From the NCBI GenBank assembly GCA_963664225.1, contig OY760937.1, positions 2,912,001 to 2,976,000 on the forward strand: a stretch of DNA of 64,000 nt, in the 5' to 3' direction. Origin of the DNA: Verrucomicrobiia bacterium. GTDB taxonomy: Bacteria; Verrucomicrobiota; Verrucomicrobiia; Limisphaerales; UBA1319. The stretch's first letter is position 1. Each line of letters begins with the position of its first letter. A program made the position numbers and the translations under genes. Shown here piece after piece: positions 50,218 through 58,716 of this stretch. The notes beneath the pieces were generated by a model. That model was not told where the DNA came from and ran no database searches. It saw only the letters and a program-made list of their open reading frames with translations.

Positions 50218-51618
50218 CTATTGGTTCTTGAAACCAAAATAGCCGCGTTCCTTGATGAGCTTGACCACAGGGGCGGGCACCTGGCTTTCCCAGTCGGGCT
50301 GCCCGGTCTGGATCATGGCCAGCACATCCTGCGAATGGATCTTGAGTAGAGCCTCATCGAAGCCTTTGATGAAGGCCAGATGGTTGTTTTCGAGCAGATG
50401 CGCGTAGAGGTGCTGCAGATGCGGAGCCACGCGGAGCGTGTTTGCGGTGATCAATTCGCCGGAGGTCTCGCGCAGGGGGTGAATGTAGAGTTTGACGGCG
50501 TTCTTGAATAACCGGCCGAAGGACTCAAGAATGCCGCCCTCCAGATCGGAATAGTACTTCTCGTTAAAAATCTCCACCAGCGTGGGGATGCCCATGGCGA
50601 TGCCAATACGACGTTTGCTGTTGCGGGCGAGGTAGGCGGACAAGGGATAGAACCGCGAGTAATTCGAGATCATCACGTTCCGGCCCAGCGCCCCAAGCAA
50701 ATCGACACGCGCGAGAAAATCGCTGTGATCGATCGTGCCGGTCGCGAGCAGGTTGCGCATGGTGATTTCCATCAGCTCCACCACCGGCTCATTCTCCAAT
50801 TTCTCCTCCTCGATGAACTGGGCTCTGGCACACTCGATCATGTCGATATTCAGGAGGTTGATGGGCCGAAAACTGCCGCGCTCGACAATCAGCGGTTTGT
50901 TGTGAAGGATTTCCGAGGCCTGCATGACCTCGCCATCGGGCGTGAACATCACTGCGGTGGTCAGATTTTGATGCACCAGTTGCAGGTTCATCAGGCGGTT
51001 GTCCACCCCTGTAAATGCAGGGCCTGAGAATTTGATCAAATCGACCTCGATGCGCGCAGCGGTCAGGCTGTCGAGCAGCGAGGCGATCAACCATTCAGGC
51101 TTCTCGTGGTGATAATAGGCGCCGTAAATAAGGTTCACGCCAATGGCGCCCAGGGCCTCCTGTTCCAGCACATTCTCATGATCGAGCATCCGCACATGAA
51201 TCACCACCTGGGAGGGTGCGCCGCCTGGCTGGGTTTGGAATTTCATGCCCAGCCAGCCGTGGGCGTCGTCGGGACGCGAGAAACTCCGCGCGGTCACCGT
51301 GTCCGCAAAAACAAAGAAACAGGTTTCCGCACCGCGCTTGGCCGCAAGGCGCTCCAGCAGCAGCGCGAACTCATAATCCAGCATTGTCTGGAGCCGTTGG
51401 CGGCTCACATAACGATCCGCCGGGCCATAGATCGCGTCGCTGAAGGTCATGTCATAGGCCGAAATGGTCTTGGCCACCGTTCCTGCGGCCCCGCTCACCC
51501 GAAAAAAAGCACGCCCCACTTCCTGGCCCGCGCCAATCTCGGCAAATGTGCCGTATTTGGCCAGATCCATGTTGAGCTGAAATGCCTTCTGATTTGTATC
51601 CAAAACCTCGCGAATCAT
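50218..51618 (-). CDS. conserved cytoplasmic protein, nicotinate-nucleotide adenylyltransferase-like (CinA-C-like + nucleotidyltransferase-like)
   Basis: YGTFAEIGAGQEV, AKTISAYDM.FSDAIYG, RGSFRP, C-terminal W...VP..V...I....FG; no signal peptide. Confidence 0.65.
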   Translation of the reverse strand: MIREVLDTNQKAFQLNMDLAKYGTFAEIGAGQEVGRAFFRVSGAAGTVAKTISAYDMTFSDAIYGPADRYVSRQRLQTMLDYEFALLLERLAAKRGAETCFFVFADTVTARSFSRPDDAHGWLGMKFQTQPGGAPSQVVIHVRMLDHENVLEQEALGAIGVNLIYGAYYHHEKPEWLIASLLDSLTAARIEVDLIKFSGPAFTGVDNRLMNLQLVHQNLTTAVMFTPDGEVMQASEILHNKPLIVERGSFRPINLLNIDMIECARAQFIEEEKLENEPVVELMEITMRNLLATGTIDHSDFLARVDLLGALGRNVMISNYSRFYPLSAYLARNSKRRIGIAMGIPTLVEIFNEKYYSDLEGGILESFGRLFKNAVKLYIHPLRETSGELITANTLRVAPHLQHLYAHLLENNHLAFIKGFDEALLKIHSQDVLAMIQTGQPDWESQVPAPVVKLIKERGYFGFKNQ

Positions 51619-51827
51619 GCGGCTGTAACATTCACCACCCGCGGCATTTCGGCCAGTGAATAATCAGATCGTGATTCCATGGATGGGTTCGTTCCACACC
51701 AAAACCAGGTGTTGCCCGGGATCTCTCACGAGGGCGGCGTGTAAATGCTCGACATGCAAAATGAAAGCGTCAAATTGACTCTTAAATAGTAACGAAAAGC
51801 TCGCAAAAGGCCTCTGGCCGGTGTAAG

Positions 51828-52538
51828 ATGAAGGGTAAAGATGAACATTCGGACAACAGCAAAGTATCCATGGCCCAGATTGAAGGATCGCTTGAATCAG
51901 CGGCCCGTTTCACGCGTGGAGGCGCTCCGGCAGCTCCAGACCATGATGCCACTGAGCGCGAGCGCTTTGCTCGAATTGAAGCGGAACGGCCACGACTCAT
52001 CCAATGGGCCAAAGCCAACGGCAAACTAGGCGGCACGATTCCTCCCGAAGATTCCAGAGGCGGTGAGCACCGCGTCTTTTATTGCAAAAAAACCGACCGG
52101 TATCTCAAGTCCACCATTCCCGAAAAACACAAAGGCTTCGGCATCGCACTGGGATCCCACACTCACGGGGCAACCCCTTCTGAGTATCTGGACCGGTTGG
52201 CCCTCCAAAATAAAATCTTCAACGACGATATCCGCCTTGAGTGGGTGGTAGTCAAAGAGGGCATGCCAGTTATCATTACTTCTCAACCTTTCATTTCAGG
52301 ATCACACCCGTCTCAAGAACACATTGACGAAATGATGATCGAGCACGGTTTTGAAAAAATTATTGCCGGGGCGTTTTACGATCGAGATGAGGGTTTATTG
52401 GTGTTTGACCTGTTTCCGAAAAATGCAAAAACGAATGCCGCAGGGGTGATCTGTCCATTCGATCCGGTTGTGCAACGCATTACGTCCGAATTTGCAGAAT
52501 TCTTGCGCGATTTTCCTGACCGTATTCATGACCGGTGA
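51828..52538 (+). CDS. polyvalent-protein-type Ser/Thr kinase-like domain protein
   Basis: GGEHRV, YLDRL.LQN.IF.DD, ITSQPFI, DL.PKN, PFDP pattern. Confidence 0.65.
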   Translation: MKGKDEHSDNSKVSMAQIEGSLESAARFTRGGAPAAPDHDATERERFARIEAERPRLIQWAKANGKLGGTIPPEDSRGGEHRVFYCKKTDRYLKSTIPEKHKGFGIALGSHTHGATPSEYLDRLALQNKIFNDDIRLEWVVVKEGMPVIITSQPFISGSHPSQEHIDEMMIEHGFEKIIAGAFYDRDEGLLVFDLFPKNAKTNAAGVICPFDPVVQRITSEFAEFLRDFPDRIHDR

Positions 52539-52656
52539 TGTAAGAGGTCGCAGATACTGCCTGTGTTATTTCGTCCTTGGCCAATCACGACCTCCCAATG
52601 CGGATTCTTCCGCGTGGAAAAGTCATTTGTTCCGCACCCCTGATACGGTTTCCACA

Positions 52657-52940
52657 GGTAATCATCCGTTGGCGAGGAGAGCCCCGGGAAGCTCCCCGCA
52701 GCTAACGGTGAATAACTGTGCCGCCGCCAAAAAATCGAGCGGTGAAAAACTTTTGTCGCCGGAGTATAATGCTTCTGGCGGCATCGCCCCGGATGGATCA
52801 CGGTCATACACCCCTTGTCTTAAGAAGACTGAGGAGAGTTTACCGGCCCGTCCGACGGCGCCTGTCAAAAAGTCTGAGAGAACTATTGCCCGCGAGGCTT
52901 CCTGTATCAGGTTGACTGACGACAGCGCTCCGATGCCCCG
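52657..52940 (+). ncRNA. predicted IS110 bridge/seek RNA (5' end uncertain: about 52657 or about 52777)
   Basis: two large internal loops closed by stems and enclosed by ggcatcg/cgatgcc; loop strands match both element junctions. Confidence 0.75.
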
Positions 52941-52953
52941 TAACGGAGGATCT

Positions 52954-54204
52954 ATGAAATCATGGTTGGAGATATCCTGTTTTGCCGGATTGGATTGGGC
53001 CCGGGATCATCACGATGTGGTCATCGTCGATCGAGAGGGCAAGATCGTGGAACAGTTCCGCTTCGAGCATTCCCAGGAGGGCTGGGAGCAATGGCGGAAA
53101 AAGACGGCGCCCTTCGCCCCTTTGGCGGTGGCCATTGAGACGAGCTTCGGCACGGCTGTGGACCAGCTCCTGAGGGGGGAGGCAACGGTCTATCCGGTCA
53201 ATCCCAAGAGCGCCCAGCGGTATCGGGATCGCAAGGTGCCCAGCGGCAGCAAGACCGATTTTCTGGATGCCTGGTCTCTGGCCGATGCCTTGCGGATCGA
53301 CGGGCACGGTTGGAAAGCGCTGGTCCCAACGGACGCGCTGACCAGCCAGTTGCAGATGCTCTGCCGGGATGAGGTTCATCTCATCGGTCAGCGCACGCTG
53401 TTCGTAAATCAATTGCAACAAGCTCTCTTGGAATACTATCCGGCGGCCCTGGAGGCCTTTGAGGATTGGACCATGGCCTCGGCGTGGGATTTCATCATTG
53501 AGTTTCCAACGCCTCGTGCGCTGGTCAAAGCCGGCAAGCGACGGTGGGAAAAGTTCCTGCACGTTCATAAGCTCTGGCGGCCGGAAACCGCTGAAAAACG
53601 GATGGGCATTTTTGCACGGGCCGATCAGTTTTGCGGCTCGGCGGCCCTGACGGCGGCCAAGGGCACCCTGGCGGTGAGCCTGGCCAAAATGTTACGCACG
53701 TTGCAGCAGCAACTGGATGTTTATCACGCGCAAATCCAGGCCTTGTTTGCACAGCACCCCGACCATGACTTGTTCGGTTCGCTGCCCGGAGCGGGCTCGT
53801 TTTTGGCTCCACGGCTGCTGGGAGAAATCGGCGGCGGGTCGGGCCGGTTTGAAAGCGCACAGCATCTGCAGGGCATTGCGGGCACGGCTCCTGTGAGTTA
53901 TCAATCGGGACAAATCGACAAGGTCCGCATCCGCCACCACTGCGACAAGTTCCTCCGCCATGCCGTGCATCTGTGGAGCGATTGCAGTCGCAAGAAATGT
54001 CTTTGGGCACAGGTTTACTACCAGAAAAAACGGGAAGAGGGCAAAAGCCACGCTTGCGCTTTGCGGTGTCTGGGCCAGCGGTGGCTCAAAATCATCTGGA
54101 AAATGCTCCAAACCCACGCGCCCTACGATCCGGAAATACATGCCAAAAACCAGCAGCTGCATGGTTCGTGGGTGCTGAGTCTGCAGACCAAAACCGCCAG
54201 GTAA
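52954..54204 (+). CDS. IS110 family transposase/recombinase
   Basis: RuvC-like DEDD (GLDWA, AIETS, KTDFLDA), C-terminal GTAPVSYQSG serine; RBS GGAGGA at 52945-52950. Confidence 0.95.
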   Translation: MKSWLEISCFAGLDWARDHHDVVIVDREGKIVEQFRFEHSQEGWEQWRKKTAPFAPLAVAIETSFGTAVDQLLRGEATVYPVNPKSAQRYRDRKVPSGSKTDFLDAWSLADALRIDGHGWKALVPTDALTSQLQMLCRDEVHLIGQRTLFVNQLQQALLEYYPAALEAFEDWTMASAWDFIIEFPTPRALVKAGKRRWEKFLHVHKLWRPETAEKRMGIFARADQFCGSAALTAAKGTLAVSLAKMLRTLQQQLDVYHAQIQALFAQHPDHDLFGSLPGAGSFLAPRLLGEIGGGSGRFESAQHLQGIAGTAPVSYQSGQIDKVRIRHHCDKFLRHAVHLWSDCSRKKCLWAQVYYQKKREEGKSHACALRCLGQRWLKIIWKMLQTHAPYDPEIHAKNQQLHGSWVLSLQTKTAR

Positions 54205-54265
54205 TTTTGGTGAATAACTTTTATGAAAAACCATTTTACAACACAGAGAACAACTCGCCTTGCCC

Positions 54266-54637
54266 CTATTGGACGGCGTGGCGGTGTCGAACGCTTCTGA
54301 CCAATTCGAAAATGAGGCTCACGATGCCCACAACCCAGCCAATGGGATAAGGAAGGATCAGCATTCCCCACCACATGGAGTGTTTGCTCGCCCCGCCAAG
54401 TCCCCCCCACGCGCTCAGTCCGAAAAGCGCGCCGACCCCGACCGCGATCATCAGGAAAATGCACAACCATTGAACGCGCAGGTCGCGTCCGCTGTTGCCC
54501 AGGTAAATGCCGAGAGCCACCAGGCCGCTGCCGGGAAGGATGACGAGAGAGCCCTCCAGCGGATCGACGGCGCCAATCAACATGGCGATACCACCGACAA
54601 TGACGAGAATTCGGGACCAGAGCTTGCGTGTATTCAT
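54266..54637 (-). CDS. small four-TM membrane hypothetical protein
   Basis: four hydrophobic segments, DPLEGS motif. Confidence 0.7.
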   Translation of the reverse strand: MNTRKLWSRILVIVGGIAMLIGAVDPLEGSLVILPGSGLVALGIYLGNSGRDLRVQWLCIFLMIAVGVGALFGLSAWGGLGGASKHSMWWGMLILPYPIGWVVGIVSLIFELVRSVRHRHAVQ

Positions 54638-54756
54638 GGAGTAAAGGCCGCCTGCGGCAGGATCAATTGAACTTGCACACTCCTTAAGTTGGTGATGCGC
54701 TTAATATAGTGTATAGAATCTATTATGTCAATAATAATAACATGCATAATAAATCC

Positions 54757-56010
54757 CTACTCGCTCCGGATGGCGGTGGCGGGGTCGAGACGGGCGGCGC
54801 GGATGGCGGGGAGCATGCTGGCGGCCATGCCGACGACGACCAGGACCAGACTGGAAACGATCAACGCGGACAGGGAGATGGAGAGGTGAATGTCGCTCTG
54901 CCCGGAGGTGTCCTCAAACAGCGGTCCCAATAGTGGGAGCGAGCCGATGATGCGCACGCTCAGCGCGGCCAGAACGCATCCCAGCACGCCACCGCCGATG
55001 GTCAGCGCCAGGCCTTCCACGAGGATCTGCCCCAGGATGTCCTTGCTGCGCGCGCCAATGGCTTTGAGCACGCCAATCTCGCGTATCCGCTCGGTCACGG
55101 ACACAAGCATGATGTTCAGCACACCAACAGCCCCGATGCTCAGGGTCAGTGCCCCGATGATGGACAGTAATATCTGCAGTCCCATGCTCAGGTTCGTGAC
55201 CAGAGAGCGAAATTGGTTCCAATCCAGGATGGTCACGGCCCGTTCGTCGCGTGCGTTGAAACGATGCTCGCGAGCGAGGGAGGCCCGAAGTTCGGCGATG
55301 AACCGGGTCCGGAACTGGTTGTTCACCGGCAATACCACAATATTGTTCAGGTAACGCGCGTTGGTCATGGTCGCCATGGTCGTGTAGGGAATCAGGGCGG
55401 TGACATCGTCGGGCGCGCTGTAGTTGCTGATCTGGGTTTTCTTTTTCAGCACGCCGACCACTGTGAAGCGAAGGCCGTTGATTTTAATGTCGCGACCCAG
55501 GGCTGGAAGACCGCTGAAGAGCTGGGTCTTCACATCGGCTCCGATGACCACCACCCTGCGGCGTTGCAGGATATCGTCCCCGGATAGAAAGCGCCCGGTT
55601 TCCATATCCATATGCCGGATCCGCTGAAACGACTGATAAACCCCGGCGACATTGTAACTGCGCGTGCGATACGCAAAATTCACCGGGAAGAAGCGCCTGA
55701 CCTCGGGGGAAATCGCTTCAATCGTGGGGACACCATCCGTAAGGGCCTTGATGTCACTGAATTCCAGACCGATCCCCCGCCCGGAGCGTTCGCCGCCTGC
55801 CTGCAGGCTGGTCTGTCCGGGGAAAATCACAATCAGATCCTTGCCGATCTGGTCGAACGCCTGGGTAAGCGCGAGCCCGAATCCCTGCCCATAGGAGAAC
55901 AGCAGCATCAGCGAGGCCACACCCCAGGTGACACTCAGCATCGTGAGCGCCGACCGCAGCCGGTAATGCCACAGCGCCTGGAACGCCTCACCTATGACAT
56001 GCCGCATCAT
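54757..56010 (-). CDS. ABC transporter permease (MacB/FtsX family)
   Basis: RSALTML...WG, GVLNIMLVSVTERIREIGVLKAIGA, PA.RAARLDP; ATGA overlap with the upstream gene. Confidence 0.92.
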   Translation of the reverse strand: MMRHVIGEAFQALWHYRLRSALTMLSVTWGVASLMLLFSYGQGFGLALTQAFDQIGKDLIVIFPGQTSLQAGGERSGRGIGLEFSDIKALTDGVPTIEAISPEVRRFFPVNFAYRTRSYNVAGVYQSFQRIRHMDMETGRFLSGDDILQRRRVVVIGADVKTQLFSGLPALGRDIKINGLRFTVVGVLKKKTQISNYSAPDDVTALIPYTTMATMTNARYLNNIVVLPVNNQFRTRFIAELRASLAREHRFNARDERAVTILDWNQFRSLVTNLSMGLQILLSIIGALTLSIGAVGVLNIMLVSVTERIREIGVLKAIGARSKDILGQILVEGLALTIGGGVLGCVLAALSVRIIGSLPLLGPLFEDTSGQSDIHLSISLSALIVSSLVLVVVGMAASMLPAIRAARLDPATAIRSE

Positions 56011-57260
56011 TCGTGACGCAATGCCTCCACTGGCGCGAGCGCGGCGGCACGTCGCGCCGGATACACGCCGGAAATCAAACCAATGCCCACCAGGGTGCCA
56101 AAGGCGAGCCATGTGGTGGTGGCGGTGATGGGGAGTCCGGCAAACAGCGTGGGCAGTGGCAGCCGGCCCACGAGGTTGCAGACGATATGCGCGAATATAA
56201 TTCCCAGGGCCCCGCTGATGAAGGTCAGAGCGAGGGCTTCGAGGAAGAACTCGAGCAGGATGCGGCGTGACTTGGCGCCGATGGCTTTCTTCACCCCAAT
56301 CTCCCGGGTGCGCTCCGCCACAGAGATCAACATGATGTTCATCACACCCAGCCCGCCCAGGGCCAGCGTGACCACGGCGATCACACTCAGGAAGATCTGC
56401 ATGGAATCGTAGATTTTGGTGACCATGATGGCCTGGCGGACCGTGTCGTAAATCCAAAGCGAACCTTCATCGGTGGCCTTGAATCCGTGGTTGCGTCCCA
56501 GAGCCGCCCGCACCTGTTTCACGGCTTGCTCGTGATCCAGTGCCGTGCGTGGCGTGAAAATGATGTTATCGATGGCATCCACCCCCACGAAGGAACGACC
56601 ATCCGGGAAATACCGCGACATCGTGGAAAACGGAATGAGCACCTTGTCGTCGTCCTGACCGTTGTAACTATTATTCTGGTCCTTCTTCTTGAGCACGCCA
56701 ATGACCCGGAATGGAATGTCCTGAATCCGAACCTCGGCATCGAGCACGGGGCGGTCCGCAAACAACTGCTTTTTCACATCCGCACCGATCACGCAGACCT
56801 TCTGTTCGTTCTGCAAATCACCCAGACTTATGTGCCGACCCTGGCCGAGGTCCATGGAGCGGATGGTTTGATAGACGGGTTCGATGCCGTGGGTGGAAAA
56901 CCGGCCGGAATTGAACGGGCTGACCAGTTTCATAAAACGATCCAACTCGGGGGAAACCGCATCGACCAGGGGGCATTCCTTGCGGATGCGCTGCACATCC
57001 TCGTTCTTGAGAATGATCTGCCGCCCCGCCCGCTGGTCCCCGGCCTGCAGAGTTGTCCGGCCGCCCCACACGATGACGATGTCCCGGCCCATGACATACA
57101 GCATGTTCCGGTAGCCCTGGGCGAAACCGTCGCCAATCGCCATCATGAAGATGATCGAAGCCACGCCCCAGCCGATGCCGAACATGGTGAGGAAGCTTCG
57201 GAGTTTGTGCGCCCACACATCCCGAAAAGTCTGGGATAATATTTCAACCGCCCACGTCAT
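56007..57260 (-). CDS. ABC transporter permease (MacB/FtsX family)
   Basis: RSFLTMFGIGWG, GVMNIMLISVAERTREIGVKKAIGA, PVEALRHE. Confidence 0.92.
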   Translation of the reverse strand: MTWAVEILSQTFRDVWAHKLRSFLTMFGIGWGVASIIFMMAIGDGFAQGYRNMLYVMGRDIVIVWGGRTTLQAGDQRAGRQIILKNEDVQRIRKECPLVDAVSPELDRFMKLVSPFNSGRFSTHGIEPVYQTIRSMDLGQGRHISLGDLQNEQKVCVIGADVKKQLFADRPVLDAEVRIQDIPFRVIGVLKKKDQNNSYNGQDDDKVLIPFSTMSRYFPDGRSFVGVDAIDNIIFTPRTALDHEQAVKQVRAALGRNHGFKATDEGSLWIYDTVRQAIMVTKIYDSMQIFLSVIAVVTLALGGLGVMNIMLISVAERTREIGVKKAIGAKSRRILLEFFLEALALTFISGALGIIFAHIVCNLVGRLPLPTLFAGLPITATTTWLAFGTLVGIGLISGVYPARRAAALAPVEALRHE

Positions 57261-58456
57261 GGCAGCACCAGCTCAACGCCATCTCCCACACCCTCCACCA
57301 GCTCTGTTTTCTGCCCGTTGGAAATCCCGGTCTTGATGGGTATTTTCACAAATCCCAGCTTGGCGGCGGAGTCATGCTTTTGCACGGAAGGCTTGCCATC
57401 GCGGTCATAGACAATGGCGGATTCGGGAATCAGCAACACACCTTTCTTTTCCTCGAGAACCACCTCGGCATTGGCGCTCATGTTGATTTTCAATTTCCCC
57501 TCGGGATTCGCGATCCCCACGCGAACCTCGAATGTGCGGACGTTGTCCCGTTCCCGGCCCATCGGTGCGATTCGCGTGACCTCGCCCTTGAACGATTCGC
57601 CGGAGAAGGATTCCACTTTGATCCGCACCGGCATGTTGGTGTGGATCTTGCCCACATCCGCCTCGTCCACCTCGCCTTTGACATAGACGCTGCTCATGTC
57701 GCCCAGGGTCATGATCAGGGTGGCGGCGCTGCCGAGATTCAGAATGGACGAGACCGCGTCGCCAACCTCTGTATCTCGCGTCAGAACAATCCCTTCGATG
57801 GGCGAGCGGATCGTGGCATTTCTCAGGTTTTCCTCCGCCCGATCCAGCGCCGCCCTGGCTGCGGCAATGCGCGCCTGGGCCTGGGCGACCTGGGCTTCAG
57901 AGCCGATGACCGCCGCCTCCAGCATCTGCTTCCGGTTGGCGGCCACCTCGAGAGTCTTTTCCACGTCGTCCACCACCTGCTGGGAGGCAATTTTCTGAGC
58001 GAAGAGTTTCTGGGTGCGCTCAAAATCCCGGCGTGCAAAGCTCAATTCCGGATTCACCACCTCGATTTTGGCTTTTTCCTGCGCGGCAACCGCCATTTTC
58101 AAATTCGCCTCCTCACCGTCCAGGACCGCCTTGGCCTCGCGCAACTGGGCACGAGGGTTATCCTTATCCAGTTCCGCGAGAATCTGCCCCTCCTTCACCT
58201 TGTCGCCCACGTCCACCTGCAACTCCTGGATGATACCGTTGGCCTTGGATTTGACCGCCACCTTTGAGAGCGCCTCGATATGCCCGATGGCGACCACCGA
58301 GCGTGCAATGTCCCCCCGCTCCACACGGACCAGTTTTTCGGGTGGAATCGGCTTTGGCTTGTTTAAAAAGAGCCACATCAGGAGCCCCGCGACAATGGCA
58401 ATGCCCGCCAGCGCAAGCGCCAGTAATCCCCATCGAAAAGACTGCTTCTTCCTCAT
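57257..58456 (-). CDS. efflux periplasmic adaptor subunit (MacA-like)
   Basis: N-terminal TM, VGDKVKEGQILA lipoyl half, coiled coil, IRSPIEG, VDEADVG. Confidence 0.92.
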   Translation of the reverse strand: MRKKQSFRWGLLALALAGIAIVAGLLMWLFLNKPKPIPPEKLVRVERGDIARSVVAIGHIEALSKVAVKSKANGIIQELQVDVGDKVKEGQILAELDKDNPRAQLREAKAVLDGEEANLKMAVAAQEKAKIEVVNPELSFARRDFERTQKLFAQKIASQQVVDDVEKTLEVAANRKQMLEAAVIGSEAQVAQAQARIAAARAALDRAEENLRNATIRSPIEGIVLTRDTEVGDAVSSILNLGSAATLIMTLGDMSSVYVKGEVDEADVGKIHTNMPVRIKVESFSGESFKGEVTRIAPMGRERDNVRTFEVRVGIANPEGKLKINMSANAEVVLEEKKGVLLIPESAIVYDRDGKPSVQKHDSAAKLGFVKIPIKTGISNGQKTELVEGVGDGVELVLP

Positions 58457-58716
58457 GGCTCTATGTCATCTGTAAATGGTGTGGTGCATGCTGAGACTCC
58501 CCGCAGGATTCCCCCGATCTGTTCCTTTTGGAACAAGACACAATCATCCAACGGGCGCTCAGTCACCAATAAAACACAGGATACCTGAAAAAAGTTGCAA
58601 CGAAATTGACAAGGCAGTTCAACGGCGCGCCACGCGATAACCCTGAATGCCGTGGATCGGATGAACCCCAATTCCCGGGAACACGCACTGCGTCCCGGGG
58701 TTCTCAACCAAGCCTC

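Larger units (their letters stand above)
52640..54255 (+). mobile_element. IS110 family insertion sequence with long left non-coding end; CT core at both junctions
   Basis: intact transposase; ends inferred from guide matches (left ..cacccCTgatac, right ..acaaCTcgcc); no terminal inverted repeats or target-site duplication beyond CT. Confidence 0.8.

Noticed and set aside
50157..51706. Partial parS-like strings gttccacggtcaat (about 50158) and gttccacaccaaaac (about 51691)
   Set aside because: Only half-sites match; not palindromic.
52468..52953. 162-codon N-terminal extension of the IS110 ORF in the ORF track
   Set aside because: Clear RBS and ATG at 52954; the upstream region overlaps another gene and is better explained as the non-coding end.
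58480..58710. Hairpins between the S8 gene and macA, faintly ZTP-riboswitch-like
   Set aside because: No downstream CGCCUGGG pseudoknot element; explainable as terminator or UTR structure.
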